Assembly: GCF_006345805.1 (NCBI RefSeq)
Contig: NW_021836265.1
Span: forward strand, 1 to 25,070
Direction: 5' to 3'
DNA length: 25,070 nucleotides
From: Octopus sinensis
Lineage: Eukaryota
Positions 1 through 10,464 of this stretch are shown here, one piece after another (position 1 is the stretch's first letter; every line of letters starts with the position of its first letter). The translations under genes were made by a program, and so were the position numbers. The notes below the pieces were generated by a model. That model saw only the letters and a list, made by a program, of their open reading frames with translations. It ran no database searches and was not told where the DNA came from.

Positions 1-6
1 CACTAA

Positions 7-148
7 CATGGGTGCTTTTACATGGAACCACATGGGGGCTCTTACATGGCACTACATGGGTGCTTTTACATGGCACCACATGGGTGCTTTTATGTATCAC
101 TGCATGGATATTTTTACGTGGCACCACCATGAGTGCTTTACACAACCA
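7..148. repeat. 24-bp tandem minisatellite, about 6 units (CATGGGTGCTTTTACATGGCACCA)
   Basis: Units start at 7, 31, 55, 79, 103 and about 128. The core GTGCTTTTACATGGCACCA also occurs in the RTE 3' UTR near 15717-15735. The array may continue beyond the window start. Confidence 0.9.
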
Positions 149-164
149 AACAACTCTGTTTGCT

Positions 165-270
165 GGTCTGATGAAAGGCAAAGTCAACTTCTGTGGAATT
201 TGAACTCAGAATGTAAGGATCGCTGAAATACCATTTAACATTATGCTTGGCATGCTAATTTTGTCAGCTT
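165..270 (-). mobile_element. Degenerate 5' half of tRNA-derived SINE family B
   Basis: Reverse complement aligns by eye to the 16706 copy (AGCTGACAAAATTAGCATGCC...TTCTGAGTTCAAATTCC...GACTTTGCCTTTCATC). Confidence 0.75.
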
Positions 271-450
271 GCTTAATATATATGTATATATGCTCCATTC
301 ATCTAACTGAAATAATGTACACACACATGCAACCTTTAAAGGACATAAAAATGTTAGCATACAGACTTATTGAACTTTTTCCCTTTTTCCTTTTCCCTTT
401 TTCTTTTCCTTTTTTCCTTTTTCTCCAGTCAATATTCCTCTGACAAACTC

Positions 451-538
451 TAACTCATTCTGACGATGTTTCTTGCATGGAACGAGATAAATGCAAATTT
501 ACCTCAAAATTTACAAACTGAAACAGCTGTAAGTGTTA
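451..538 (+). ncRNA. Type I hammerhead ribozyme-like fold, degenerate
   Basis: CTGACGA at 460-466, then GAAA-C-AGCT-G-TA at 520-531. Stem II is GTTT/AAAC with a U-U at the closing pair. Stem I is CATT(456-459)/AGTG(532-535). Confidence 0.55.
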
Positions 539-784
539 TTTCAACTACAATTAAACTATAACCATTTAATACCAATGACCAACTTCTAGTTGTAAATTGT
601 TGCTCCATTTCTTTTCTTATCTGAATATATTAAACCACGGTTTACCATTTAAATTACCAACAACTGTTAACCTTGTAGCAAGGCCTGCACATAGTTAATA
701 CACCAATAGTGCCTACGGATACATTTATCCCTCAGATGGTTGCATAACCTTTGACCTATAATTTATTATATATATGTATATATA

Positions 785-1189
785 GGCGCAGGAGTGGCTG
801 TGTGGTAAGTAGCTTGCTAACCAACCACATGGTTCCGGGTTCAGTCCCACTGCGTGGCATCTGGGGCAAGTGTCTTTTGCTATAGCCCCGGGTCAACCAA
901 TGCCTTGTGAGTGGATTTGGTAGACAGAAACTGAAAGAAGCCTGTCATATATATGTATATATATATATATGTGTGTATGTGTGAGTGTTTGTCCCCCTAG
1001 CATTGCTTGACAACTGATGCTGGTGTGTTTATGTCCCCGTCACTTAGCGGTTCGGCAAAAGAGACCGATAGAATAAGTACTGGGCTTACAAAGAATAAGT
1101 CCCGGGGTCGATTTGCTCGACTAAAGGCGGTGCTCCAGCATGGCCACAGTCAAATGACTGAAACAAGTAAAAGAGTAAAGAGTAAAGAG
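785..1189 (+). mobile_element. Full-length tRNA-derived SINE family A (CORE-like central domain)
   Basis: A-box-like TGGCTGTGTGG, B-box-like GGTTCAGTCCC, CORE-like (C/T)TGGGCAAGTGTCTT, an internal (TA)/(TG) tract, a 3' stem-loop CAGTC-AAAT-GACTG and an (AAGAGTA)n tail. Many near-identical copies occur in the window. Probably one of the octopus OK/OR1/OR2 SINEs; I cannot assign which. Confidence 0.92.
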
Positions 1190-1205
1190 CATACATTTAT
1201 ATATA

Positions 1206-1702
1206 CAGTAATCCCTCAACTATGATGGGTGTTAAATTTCAAACCCCCCTACGATAGGTGAGAATCTGCAAAGTAGAAAGTGTGCTGTACCGTATATTTT
1301 TCTTAATTATTTTTATAATTTGTATACATTCATTTTATAATAAATCTAAAATCAACACCACACACTTGCCTCCCGAGTTTCGTTTTCCATATAGTATATG
1401 AGGTTCTCTGTTTACTCATCTACGGTATACTACATAATTTCTTTTAATATATTTCAATAAATGTGTTACATAGGGCACTACTGTACTGTATTTTTATTTA
1501 TCAACTTATTAATTTTTAGGCATGAAAATGCTTACTTTACCACAAATATAATTAAAATCTAAAAACATATTAATACTTATTGGCAGCAGAAACTCATAAT
1601 AAACTGGAGAGTCTGTGATACAAATTTACATATATTAGCCAGAAAAATCCGCGATGTACTGAGGCTGCGATAGGTGAACCGTGATATGGTGAGTGATTAC
1701 TG
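1206..1702. mobile_element. Non-autonomous pogo/Tigger-type (Tc1/mariner superfamily) MITE, about 497 bp
   Basis: Imperfect TIRs CAGTAATCCCTCAAC (1206) and GGTGAGTGATTACTG (to 1702). TA flanks both ends (1204-1205, 1703-1704). AT-rich non-coding interior. Confidence 0.85.
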
Positions 1703-1717
1703 TATATTATATATATA

Positions 1718-2035
1718 TCATCCTCCTCATCATCATCATTGTTTAAGGTCCACTTTCCATGCTAACATGGGTTAAGCGATTTGACTGAGGACTGGTGAAC
1801 CAGATGGCCGCACTAGGTGCCAATCTGATCTGGCAGAGTTTCTACACCTGGATGCCCTTCCTAACACCAACCACTCTAAGAGTGTAGTGGGTGCTTTTAC
1901 GTTCCACTGGCACAAGGGCCAGTCAGGCGTTATTGGCAATGGCCATGCTCAAATGGTGGTTTTTACATGCCACCTGCACAGGAGCCAGTCCAGCTACACT
2001 GGAAAAGACCACACTCGAATGTTTTTTTACATGCC
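1718..2035 (-). mobile_element. RTE-clade LINE 3' end (3' UTR with about 2 repeat units and (GAT)n tail)
   Basis: Contains GGATGCCCTTCCTAACACCAACCACT and a (CAT)n tail; homologous to the 3' UTR of the ORF-bearing copy at 13654-14738. Confidence 0.85.
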
Positions 2036-2120
2036 ATATATATATATAGGGATTGGGTCATCCCATAAATAATGCAGTTCTTTGAATTTACATGCCCATA
2101 ACCTAGTGGTTCATGGAAGG

Positions 2121-2169
<49 letters not shown>

Positions 2170-2170
<1 letters not shown>

Positions 2171-2740
2171 ATATGTGTGTCAGTGTGTGTGTTTGTAACC
2201 CCTCCATCGCTTGACAACTGATGTTGGTGTGCTTACATCCCTATAACTTAGCAGTTCGGCAATATTGAGGGCACAAACACAGACACAAACACACAAATAT
2301 ATACATACATATATATATATGGTGGGCTTCTTTCAGTTTCTATCTACCAAATCCACTCACAAGGCTTTGGTTGGCCTGAGGCTATAGTGGAAGACACATG
2401 TCCAAGGTGGTAGACGGTGGTATATATGTATATGTATTCCTTTCTTGTTTTATTTGTTTCAATCATTTGACTGTAGCCAAGCGGGGGCATTGCCTTAGAA
2501 GGGCTTTAGTTGAGCAAATCGACCCCAGGACTTATTCTTTGTAAGTCTAGTACTTATTCAGTATCAGTTGTCAAGCGATGCAGGGGTAACAAACACACAC
2601 ATATGTACACAAATATATATAGATTGTTGGTGTGACTGTGGAATAATATTATAACACATCCTTTTGATATATACAGAACAGGCTTCTTTCAGTTTCCTTC
2701 TGCCAAATTCTTCTCACAAGACTTTGGTCAGCTCGAGGCA
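2170..2740. mobile_element. Cluster of old SINE A fragments in both orientations
   Basis: A + strand internal piece at 2170-2262 and - strand pieces at about 2265-2420, 2435-2600 and 2680-2740, with diagnostic GGCTTCTTTCAGTTTC and GACCCCAGGACTTATTCTTTGTAAG. Confidence 0.8.
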
Positions 2741-2950
2741 TACATATATATATATATATATATATGTGTGTATGCATGCATGCATATAACTATATATATT
2801 TATAGATTAAGATGTATCTGGTGTAAGCTATGGACACATAAGTGGTGCAGCAATATCAAAAGAAGGTTAACTGCGAAGATAGTTTTTGCACAGGGACAAT
2901 ATGCACCAAAGATGTAGAGAAAACAGATTCCATCACTTGCCAGGTTCTCT

Positions 2951-3232
2951 GTTTGTTTGTTCCTTCTCAAGACATCCCTGGCTCATAAGGGTCAGCTTCC
3001 CGGTTTCTTTGGTGTATAGGCTCCCTACCTGGACGGGATGCCAGTCCGTTGCAGATGAGGTGCAAGATGCAGGAGGAAAGAGTGAGAGAAAGTTGTGGTG
3101 AAAGAGTCAGCAGAAGTTCGCCATCATCTTCTGCCGGAGCTGCGGTGAGCTTAGACCTTTCGCTCATAAACACACATTGCCCAGTCTGAGATTCGAACCC
3201 ACGATCCCTCGACCGCGAGTCTCCTGCTCTAC
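2951..3232 (-). mobile_element. tRNA-derived SINE family D, head clipped
   Basis: Minus-strand B box GGTTCGAAT (3199-3191) preceded by a tRNA-like arm. (AAAC)n tail at 2951-2960. A-box region replaced by the adjacent RTE end. Confidence 0.7.
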
Positions 3233-3480
3233 TGTGTTGGTGACATGTAAAAAGGCCATTTGGGTGTGGTCAATGCCAGTGCCACCTGACTGGCCCCCAT
3301 ACCAGTGACATGTAAAAAGCACCCACTACATTCCCGGAGTGGCTGGCGTTAGGAAAGGCAATAGCTGTAGAAATCTTGCCAGGTCAGATTGGAACCTGCT
3401 GCGGCCTCCTGGCTTGCCAGTCCTCAATCAAACCATCCAACCCATGCCAGCATGGAAAGTGGATGATGATGATGACGATG
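3233..3480 (+). mobile_element. RTE-clade LINE 3' end
   Basis: Two CATGTAAAAAG UTR units, GGCGTTAGGAAAGGC..GCTGTAGAAA, CCATGCCAGCATGGAAAG and a (GAT)n tail. Confidence 0.85.
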
Positions 3481-3699
3481 TGTGTGTGTGTGTTTCTGTG
3501 TGCGTATGTGCGTGTGTGTGCATTTGCGCATGTGTATATATATATACACAAACACACACACACACAGATACAAACAAATGCACACACATACACACACACA
3601 AACACACACACACATACACACAAATGCACACACACATGCAGTTACGCAGAGACGACTGATATGATGCTTATCTAATATTGAACCAGATATTGCAGAAAC

Positions 3700-3720
3700 A
3701 TTATCATCATAATCATCATC

Positions 3721-3759
<39 letters not shown>

Positions 3760-3887
3760 TGCTTTGTTGCCATTCTGTTTGGTGCTGTTGTTTTGTTGTT
3801 GTTATTGTCATTGACGACATAAGTGCAAGACAGACTGAAGCACTTAAGAAAGCAGAAAGCTAAATGAAGCCAAACCGAACCAGTTTG

Positions 3888-3920
<33 letters not shown>

Positions 3921-4200
3921 GCAACAGCAACAACAGAAGCAGCAACAATTTCAAGGCAAAGAAGAAGGAAGAGGGAGAGGAGGAGGAGGGGGAGAAGAAG
4001 GAGTCGGAGGAGGAGGAGGAGAAGGAGGAGGGGAGGAGAGGAGGAGGAGGAGGAGGAGGAGGAGGAGGAGAAGAGGAAGAAGGAAGAGAAGAAGAAGAAA
4101 AAAGGAGAAGAAGAAAAAGAAAAAGGAGAAGAAGAAGGAAAGAGAAAAGAAGAAGAAGAAGAAGGAGGAGGAGGAGGAGGAGGAGGAGAAGAAGAAGAAG

Positions 4201-4232
<32 letters not shown>

Positions 4233-4455
4233 GAAATTAGGGGAGGAGGCTCGAAAAATGTATATTACTAATAATAATAGTAATTATATTTTTCCTTTTA
4301 TACAAATAATAGCAGTAATAATAACAGCAACAACAATAACAACAACTACAAAACAACTGCTGCAGCAGCAGCAGCAACAACGACAATTACAATAATAATA
4401 ATGATGATGATAATAATAATAATAATAATAACAATAATAATAATAACAATAATTA
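3700..4455. repeat. Compound microsatellite block: (TAG)n, (CAA)n, about 270-bp GAG/GAA purine tract, (AAT)n
   Basis: Directly visible: (TAG)n 3721-3758, (CAA)n 3892-3935, purine tract 3958-4232, (AAT)n 4390-4452. Confidence 0.95.
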
Positions 4456-4487
4456 TATGCCAATGCATTAAACTGTAAACGATAAAC

Positions 4488-4894
4488 CAGGAGTGGCTGT
4501 GTGGTAAGTAGCTTGCTAACCAACCGCATGGTTCCGGGTTCAGTCCCACTGCGTGGCATCTTGGGCAAGTGTCTTCTGCTATAGCCCCGGGCCGACCAAT
4601 GCCTTGTGAGTGGATTTGGTAGACGGAAACTGAAAGAAGCCTGTCGTATATATGTATATATATATAAGTGTGTGTGTGTGTTTGTGTGTCTGTGTTTGTC
4701 CCCCTAGCATTGCTTGACAACCGATGCTGGTGTGTTTACGTCTCCGTCACTTAGCGGTTCGGTAAAAAAGAGACCGATAGAATAAGTACTGGGCTTACAA
4801 AGAATAAGTCCCGGGGTCGATTTGCTCGACTAAAGGCAGTGCTCCTGCATGGCCGCAGTCAAATGACTGAAACAAGTAAAAGAGTAAAAGAGTA
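4488..4894 (+). mobile_element. Young SINE family A copy
   Basis: Near-identical to the 785 and 6005 copies; lacks the first 4 nt. Confidence 0.93.
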
Positions 4895-5221
4895 ATTCCT
4901 CAGACAAAAACAAAAAAAGGAAATCGTAGCAAAAATGCTAAACCCCATTTTGGTTAGAAGAGAAATATTCCAAGTGGCAACCTTCTTCTCTCTCTCTCTC
5001 TCCCAATCTTTTGAATTTTTAGAAGTTATTTTATATACAAAAGCTTATACAATCAGGATAGCAATACGAGTGTAATCTTGCATTTAGCGGGGAGTGGGAT
5101 ATTCGAATGGAATATTCTAACGGAATATGATCTTTAATATCCATTTAGAATGCTAAAATCTTTTTGGTCACCATAAATCAAATTCCTTATTGATATAATG
5201 TAAAGCACTTATATATTTGAA

Positions 5222-5858
5222 GGCGCCAAACTGGCAGAATCGTTAGCAAGCTGGACAAAATGCTTAGCAGCATTTCGTCTGTTGTATCTGAGTTCAAATA
5301 CCGCTGAGGTCAACTTTGCCTTTCATCCTTCCAGGGTCAATAAATTAATTACCAGTTGCATACTGGGATCGATCTAATCGACTGGCCCCCCTACAAACAT
5401 TTCAGGCCTTGTGCAAAAAGTAGAAAAGATTATGTTGTTTTGCTAAGATGGCGAGCTGGTAGAAATGTTAGCACACTGGGCAAAATGCATTGGGGTATTT
5501 CGCCTGTCTTTACGTTCAAATTCCGCTGGGGTCAACTTTGCCTTTCATCCTTTCAGGGTCAAAAAATTAAGTACCAGTTGCATACTGGGATCGATCTTAT
5601 CGACTGGCCCCTCTACAGACATTTCAGGCCTTGTGCATAAAGTAGAAAAGATTATGTTATTTTGCTAAGGTGGGGAGCTGGCAGAAATGTTAGCACACTG
5701 GTCTTTACGTTCTGAGTCCAAATTCCGCTGGGGTCAACTTTGCCTTTCATCCATTCAGGGTCAATAAATTAAGTACCAGTTGCATGCTGGGGTCAGTCTA
5801 ATCACCTGCCCTCCCCACCGCTGCAGAAATTTCAGGCCTTGTGCCTAGAGTAGAAAAG
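5222..5858 (+). mobile_element. Three head-to-tail copies of tRNA-derived SINE family B (period about 222 bp)
   Basis: Copies start at about 5222, 5450 and 5672. Each has GCTGG(C/T)AGAA..GTTAGC, a GTTCAAAT-like B box, GTCAACTTTGCCTTTCATCC and the tail TTTCAGGCCTTGTGC..AGTAGAAAAG. Confidence 0.9.
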
Positions 5859-6004
5859 TATATATCTTTACATATAAACACACACAGATGAGGTTGATGG
5901 GGATCTGCCATCAAAAACAGACAAATGACTCGTCAAACTGGAAAGTCACAAGAGACAAGCATAGGAAGGTGCCATTTGAAGAAGCTCTACTACATTACTC
6001 TCTC

Positions 6005-6414
6005 TCTCTTTTACTCTTTTACTTGTTTCAGTCATTTGACTGCGGCCATGCTGGAGCACCGCCTTTAGTCGAGCAAATCGACCCCGGGACTTATTCTTTG
6101 TAACCCCAGTACTTATTCTATCGGTCTCTTTTGCCGAACCGCTAAGTGACGGGGACGTAAACACACCATCATCGGTTGTCAAGCAATGCTAGGGGGACAA
6201 ACACAGACACACAAACATATACACACACACTTATATATATATACATATATACGACAGGCTTCTTTCAGTTTCCGTCTACCAAATCCACTCACAAGGCATT
6301 GGTCGGCCCTGGGCTATAGCAGAAGACACTTGCCCAAGATGCCACGCAGTGGGACTGAACCCGGAACCATGTGGTTGGTTAGCAAGCTACTTACCACACA
6401 GCCACTCCTGCGCC
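6005..6414 (-). mobile_element. Young full-length SINE family A copy
   Basis: Reverse complement of the 785/4488 sequence from GGCGCAGGAGTGG to the AAGAG tail. Confidence 0.93.
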
Positions 6415-7368
6415 TATTGCTCAAGAAACAAACATTTAAATCCAAGTATGTGAGACTTCACTTTTGATCTGGCATATCTGAAGACTGAGCTGATTGCAAA
6501 TCCTGCAAACCTTGCTAATAAACACCTGCTTGCTCAGATTTAACAGAAACAATCTTCATGACACCACCAAGAATAGCGAATTACATAAAATAGCTGATGT
6601 CATATGTTGCGACTATGTAATATTACTTTCATAATAGATGTGTTTAAAGTTACATGTATATGTATATATGTGTGTGTGTATAAATATATATATATATATA
6701 TATATATACATACACACACATATGATACACAGGTGTATACTCATATACATGTGCACACGCACACATATATACATACATATATATATATATATTCATGTAT
6801 ATATATCTGTGTGTGTGATATATATGTCTAATTATGCTTACGCAAGTGCACATACACACTCACACACACACACATATATACATGCATATTTAAATCCATA
6901 ATCACGTGCATTTACACATACTATGCACATATAAATATAGATGTATACATATGTGAGTATATCTATAGTCAGTTCTGATACCACATTCACCTTACTTTGG
7001 ATTTCATCTCTGGGAGAGTAACTACATGTTGGGGTGTTATTACTATGATTATTTACTGGATCATCCAAAGATTAATTAAGCTTTCTATTATGCATTTTAG
7101 ACATATTGTATCCTAGTTTAAAATATGTTGTGTATAATAGCTTAACTGTGTGTCTATTAAAAATTATATATATATATAATACAAATAAGAAAATGAAGAA
7201 ACACATTAGTTGGTTCATCAGCTTTAGGATATTAGAATGTCGCCTTATTCAATTATCAAAACTATAACCATAATTACATACATATATACAGTATAAGATT
7301 CAATACAATTAAGATAAGAATACAAGTAGTTATTAAAAAAACATCAATATAAATGTTAGAATCATTAA

Positions 7369-7497
7369 AATCACTTACAGCTGTTTCAGCCTATGGAAAA
7401 AAGTAATTTTTTGTGCCTATACTTGTCAATTATATTGAGGCTGTAGGCAGTTAAAAATAGGGTATTTATATATATCCATAGGCCTCGTCAGAGATTA
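7369..7497 (-). ncRNA. Type I hammerhead ribozyme-like fold with long loop II
   Basis: Minus strand: CUGACGA (7491-7485), then stem II GGCCUAUGG/CCAUAGGCU (9 bp: 8 Watson-Crick, 1 GU). GAAA-C-AGCU-G-UA follows at 7387-7376, with predicted cleavage at 7376/7375. Stem I is weak and bulged. Confidence 0.7.
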
Positions 7498-7764
7498 TAA
7501 AGTACTTTCAAAATAAAAATATATACATGAAACAGAATACACGTACAATTTAATATATATATAAATATATATCCATATATACATACATATATATATACAT
7601 AAGCAAATATATACACCTATACATGTACATAAATACATAAATAGGCACAATTAAACCTATGTACAAGCATATAAACAAATTAAATATATACATATATATA
7701 CATATATACTGGAACATACATATACATCCATATCCATGAATACACATAATATTTAATTATTACT

Positions 7765-7794
7765 AATATTATTATTAATATTATTATTATTATT

Positions 7795-7849
<55 letters not shown>

Positions 7850-7850
7850 G
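7765..7850. repeat. (ATT)n/(AAT)n microsatellite
   Basis: Directly visible. Confidence 0.95.
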
Positions 7851-8249
7851 ATTCAGTGTAATCTTCACTTCACAATATATATTATAGGAGATTCCAATAT
7901 ATACTATACTATGATATAATATAAACAGATAGTTACAAAAGATGTAATCTTATTAATTTTAAAATCACAGTCAATATATACATATAACATACAGTTAGAC
8001 CAGAGTTATTACAATATTATTCTTCTGCATATACATAAGTCCATGTGTGTGGGCAACAAATAGAAGCAACATGCATATATATACATAAGTACAAATATAC
8101 ACCAATATCTATATGAAAATTTTTTTTCTTTTCATCATAACGAAATTATACATACATGTTACTACACCGAATTAATAATACAATTTCACTGAATATTTCG
8201 TAATAAGAGTTCATGTGTTAAGAGATAATAGATTAGCTACAAGAGTCTT

Positions 8250-8282
<33 letters not shown>

Positions 8283-8545
8283 GTTTAACGTCCGCTTTCC
8301 ATGCTAACATGGGTTGGACGGTTCAACTGGGGTCTGGCAAGCCCGAAGGCTGCACCAGGCCAGTCAGATCTGGCAGTGTTTCTACAGCTGGATGCCCTTC
8401 CTAACGCCAACCACTCTGAGAGTGTAGTGGGTGATTTTATGTGCCACCGACACAGGTGCCAGACGAGGCTGGCAGACGGCCACGCTCGGATGGTGTTTTT
8501 TATGTGCCACCGACACAGGTGCCAGACGAGGCTGGCAGATGGCCA
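8250..8545 (-). mobile_element. Young RTE-clade LINE 3' end (2 UTR repeat units)
   Basis: Almost identical to the 18439-18770 copy, including the GACACAGGTGCCAGACGAGGCTGGCAGA units; (CAT)n tail. Confidence 0.9.
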
Positions 8546-8575
8546 AAATATATATATATATATATATATATAAGA

Positions 8576-8808
8576 CTCAAAACAAATATCAAATGGAAAT
8601 TGTAGTTACGCAATACCTGTGCCAGCAGCACGTAAAAAGCACCCACTATACTCATGGAGTGGTTGGCATTAGGAAGGGCATCCAGTTGTAGGAACACTGA
8701 CAGATCAGACTGGAGCCTGGTGCAGCCTCCTGGCTTCTCGGCGGTCGACCGTCCAACCCATGCTAGCACAGAAAACAGACGTTAAACGATGGTGATGATG
8801 ATGATGAT
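8576..8808 (+). mobile_element. RTE-clade LINE 3' end
   Basis: CAAATGGAAATTGTAGTT..GCACGTAAAAAGCACCCACTA..TTAGGAAGGGCATCCAG..GACGTTAAACGATG(GAT)n. Confidence 0.88.
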
Positions 8809-8840
8809 ATATATATATAATATATATATATATACATACA

Positions 8841-8923
<83 letters not shown>

Positions 8924-8959
8924 CATATATTGGTGTGTGTGTGTGTGTGTGTGTGTTTA

Positions 8960-9157
8960 TGTGTCTGTGTTTGTCTACTACTGTCATTTGATAACTGATT
9001 TTGGTGCATTTACATCCCCATAACTTAGCAGTTCAGCAAAAGAGACCGATAGGAGAAGTACTAGGCTTACAAAGAATAAGTCCTAAGATCGATTTGATGG
9101 ACTAAAACCCTTTAAGGTGGTGCTTCAGTATGGCCACAATCAAACAGAATAAAACAA
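8960..9157 (+). mobile_element. Old SINE A 3' half
   Basis: AACTTAGCAGTTCAGCAAAAGAGACCGATAG..GGCTTACAAAGAATAAGTCC..GGTGGTGCTTCAGTATGGCCACA. Confidence 0.8.
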
Positions 9158-9524
9158 TATGTGCATGTGTGTGTGTGTGTGTGAGAGTGTGTGTGTGAGA
9201 GTGTGTGTGTATGTGTGTGCATGCTTAAGTGTCCATATCCACTTGTGTATAACTCTTACCGATGTATGTATAGGTACAGTATGTAAACATTGTTGTGGAA
9301 AAATAGAGAAAGCCAATGATCTTGGATCAAAGTCCTTTGACATATTTGTTCTACACCATACTTCAGCCACTCCCTCATCGTCTCACTATCGGAAATGCAA
9401 TGAAGCCATCGTTAGCCCAATCAAAACCAGTAATCAATGAGGTCTTAGTTTGCAAATTACAGCATGATATATATATATATAACAACATGAATATGTAAGT
9501 CAATGGCTTTTAATCATTATTGGC

Positions 9525-10006
9525 CTCCCCCTCCATCTCCTCCTCATCCACATCACTACATCCGTCACCCTAACTCTACTATCACCACTACCAATGCCTC
9601 CACAACCACCAGCACCACCACTGCTACCACCCCCACCTACGCCGTCATCGTCATCATCATAATCATCATCGTCAGTATTACAACCACCATCAAAACCACC
9701 ACCACACCACCACCACCATCATCACTATCATCCGTAGCCATAGTAGCATGAGTGAACTGGTGGAATGTTGTGATGATGACATTGATGGTGATGTCGGTGA
9801 CAGTGATGATGATGATGATCATGATATTGACTCTTAACGTGGTGACCGTTTGGACACATGGTTGCAAGGTGACGGAGATAAAAACAATGATGCTCATGAT
9901 GATAACGATGACGACGACGACGATGATGATGATGATGATGATGACGATGTTAATAATGGTGTTGTCGATGATGATGATGATGATGATGTTGATGATGATG
10001 GTGATT

Positions 10007-10041
<35 letters not shown>

Positions 10042-10432
10042 AACAGTGGTCATAATAATGATGATGATGTTGACAGTGGTGATGACAATGATGGTGATGG
10101 TGATGGTTATGATAATGACAATGATGATGATGTCGATGATGATGATGATGATGGTGACAATGACGGTGATGACAATGATGGTGATGACAATGATGGTGAT
10201 GACAATGATGGTGATGTTGACAATGCTGAGGATGGTGATAATGATGATGATGATGATGATGATAACGATGGTGACAGTGATAGCGATGAAGGTGGTGATG
10301 ATGGCAGTGATAATGCTTATGGTCACAGCAAAGATGACAACAGCGATGATGAGAATGATGACGACGACGATGATGCTGGTGATGATGATGATGATGATGA
10401 TGGTGGTGGTGATGATGATGATGGTGGTGGTG

Positions 10433-10464
<32 letters not shown>

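Noticed and set aside
7-148. CRISPR-like or coding repeat (ORFs 8..226 and 12..203)
   Set aside because: Units are contiguous with no unique spacers, the context is eukaryotic and the motif derives from an RTE UTR; the ORFs are repeat translations.
6476-6560. CTGAAGA...GAAAC with CTGAGC/GCTCAG pairing as a fourth hammerhead
   Set aside because: Eight nucleotides separate the stem from GAAA, there is no G to pair with C15.2, and no stem I is evident.
6600-6960. [12 protein letters not shown] ORFs here and throughout the track
   Set aside because: Translations of (TA)n, (CA)n and (TG)n microsatellites.
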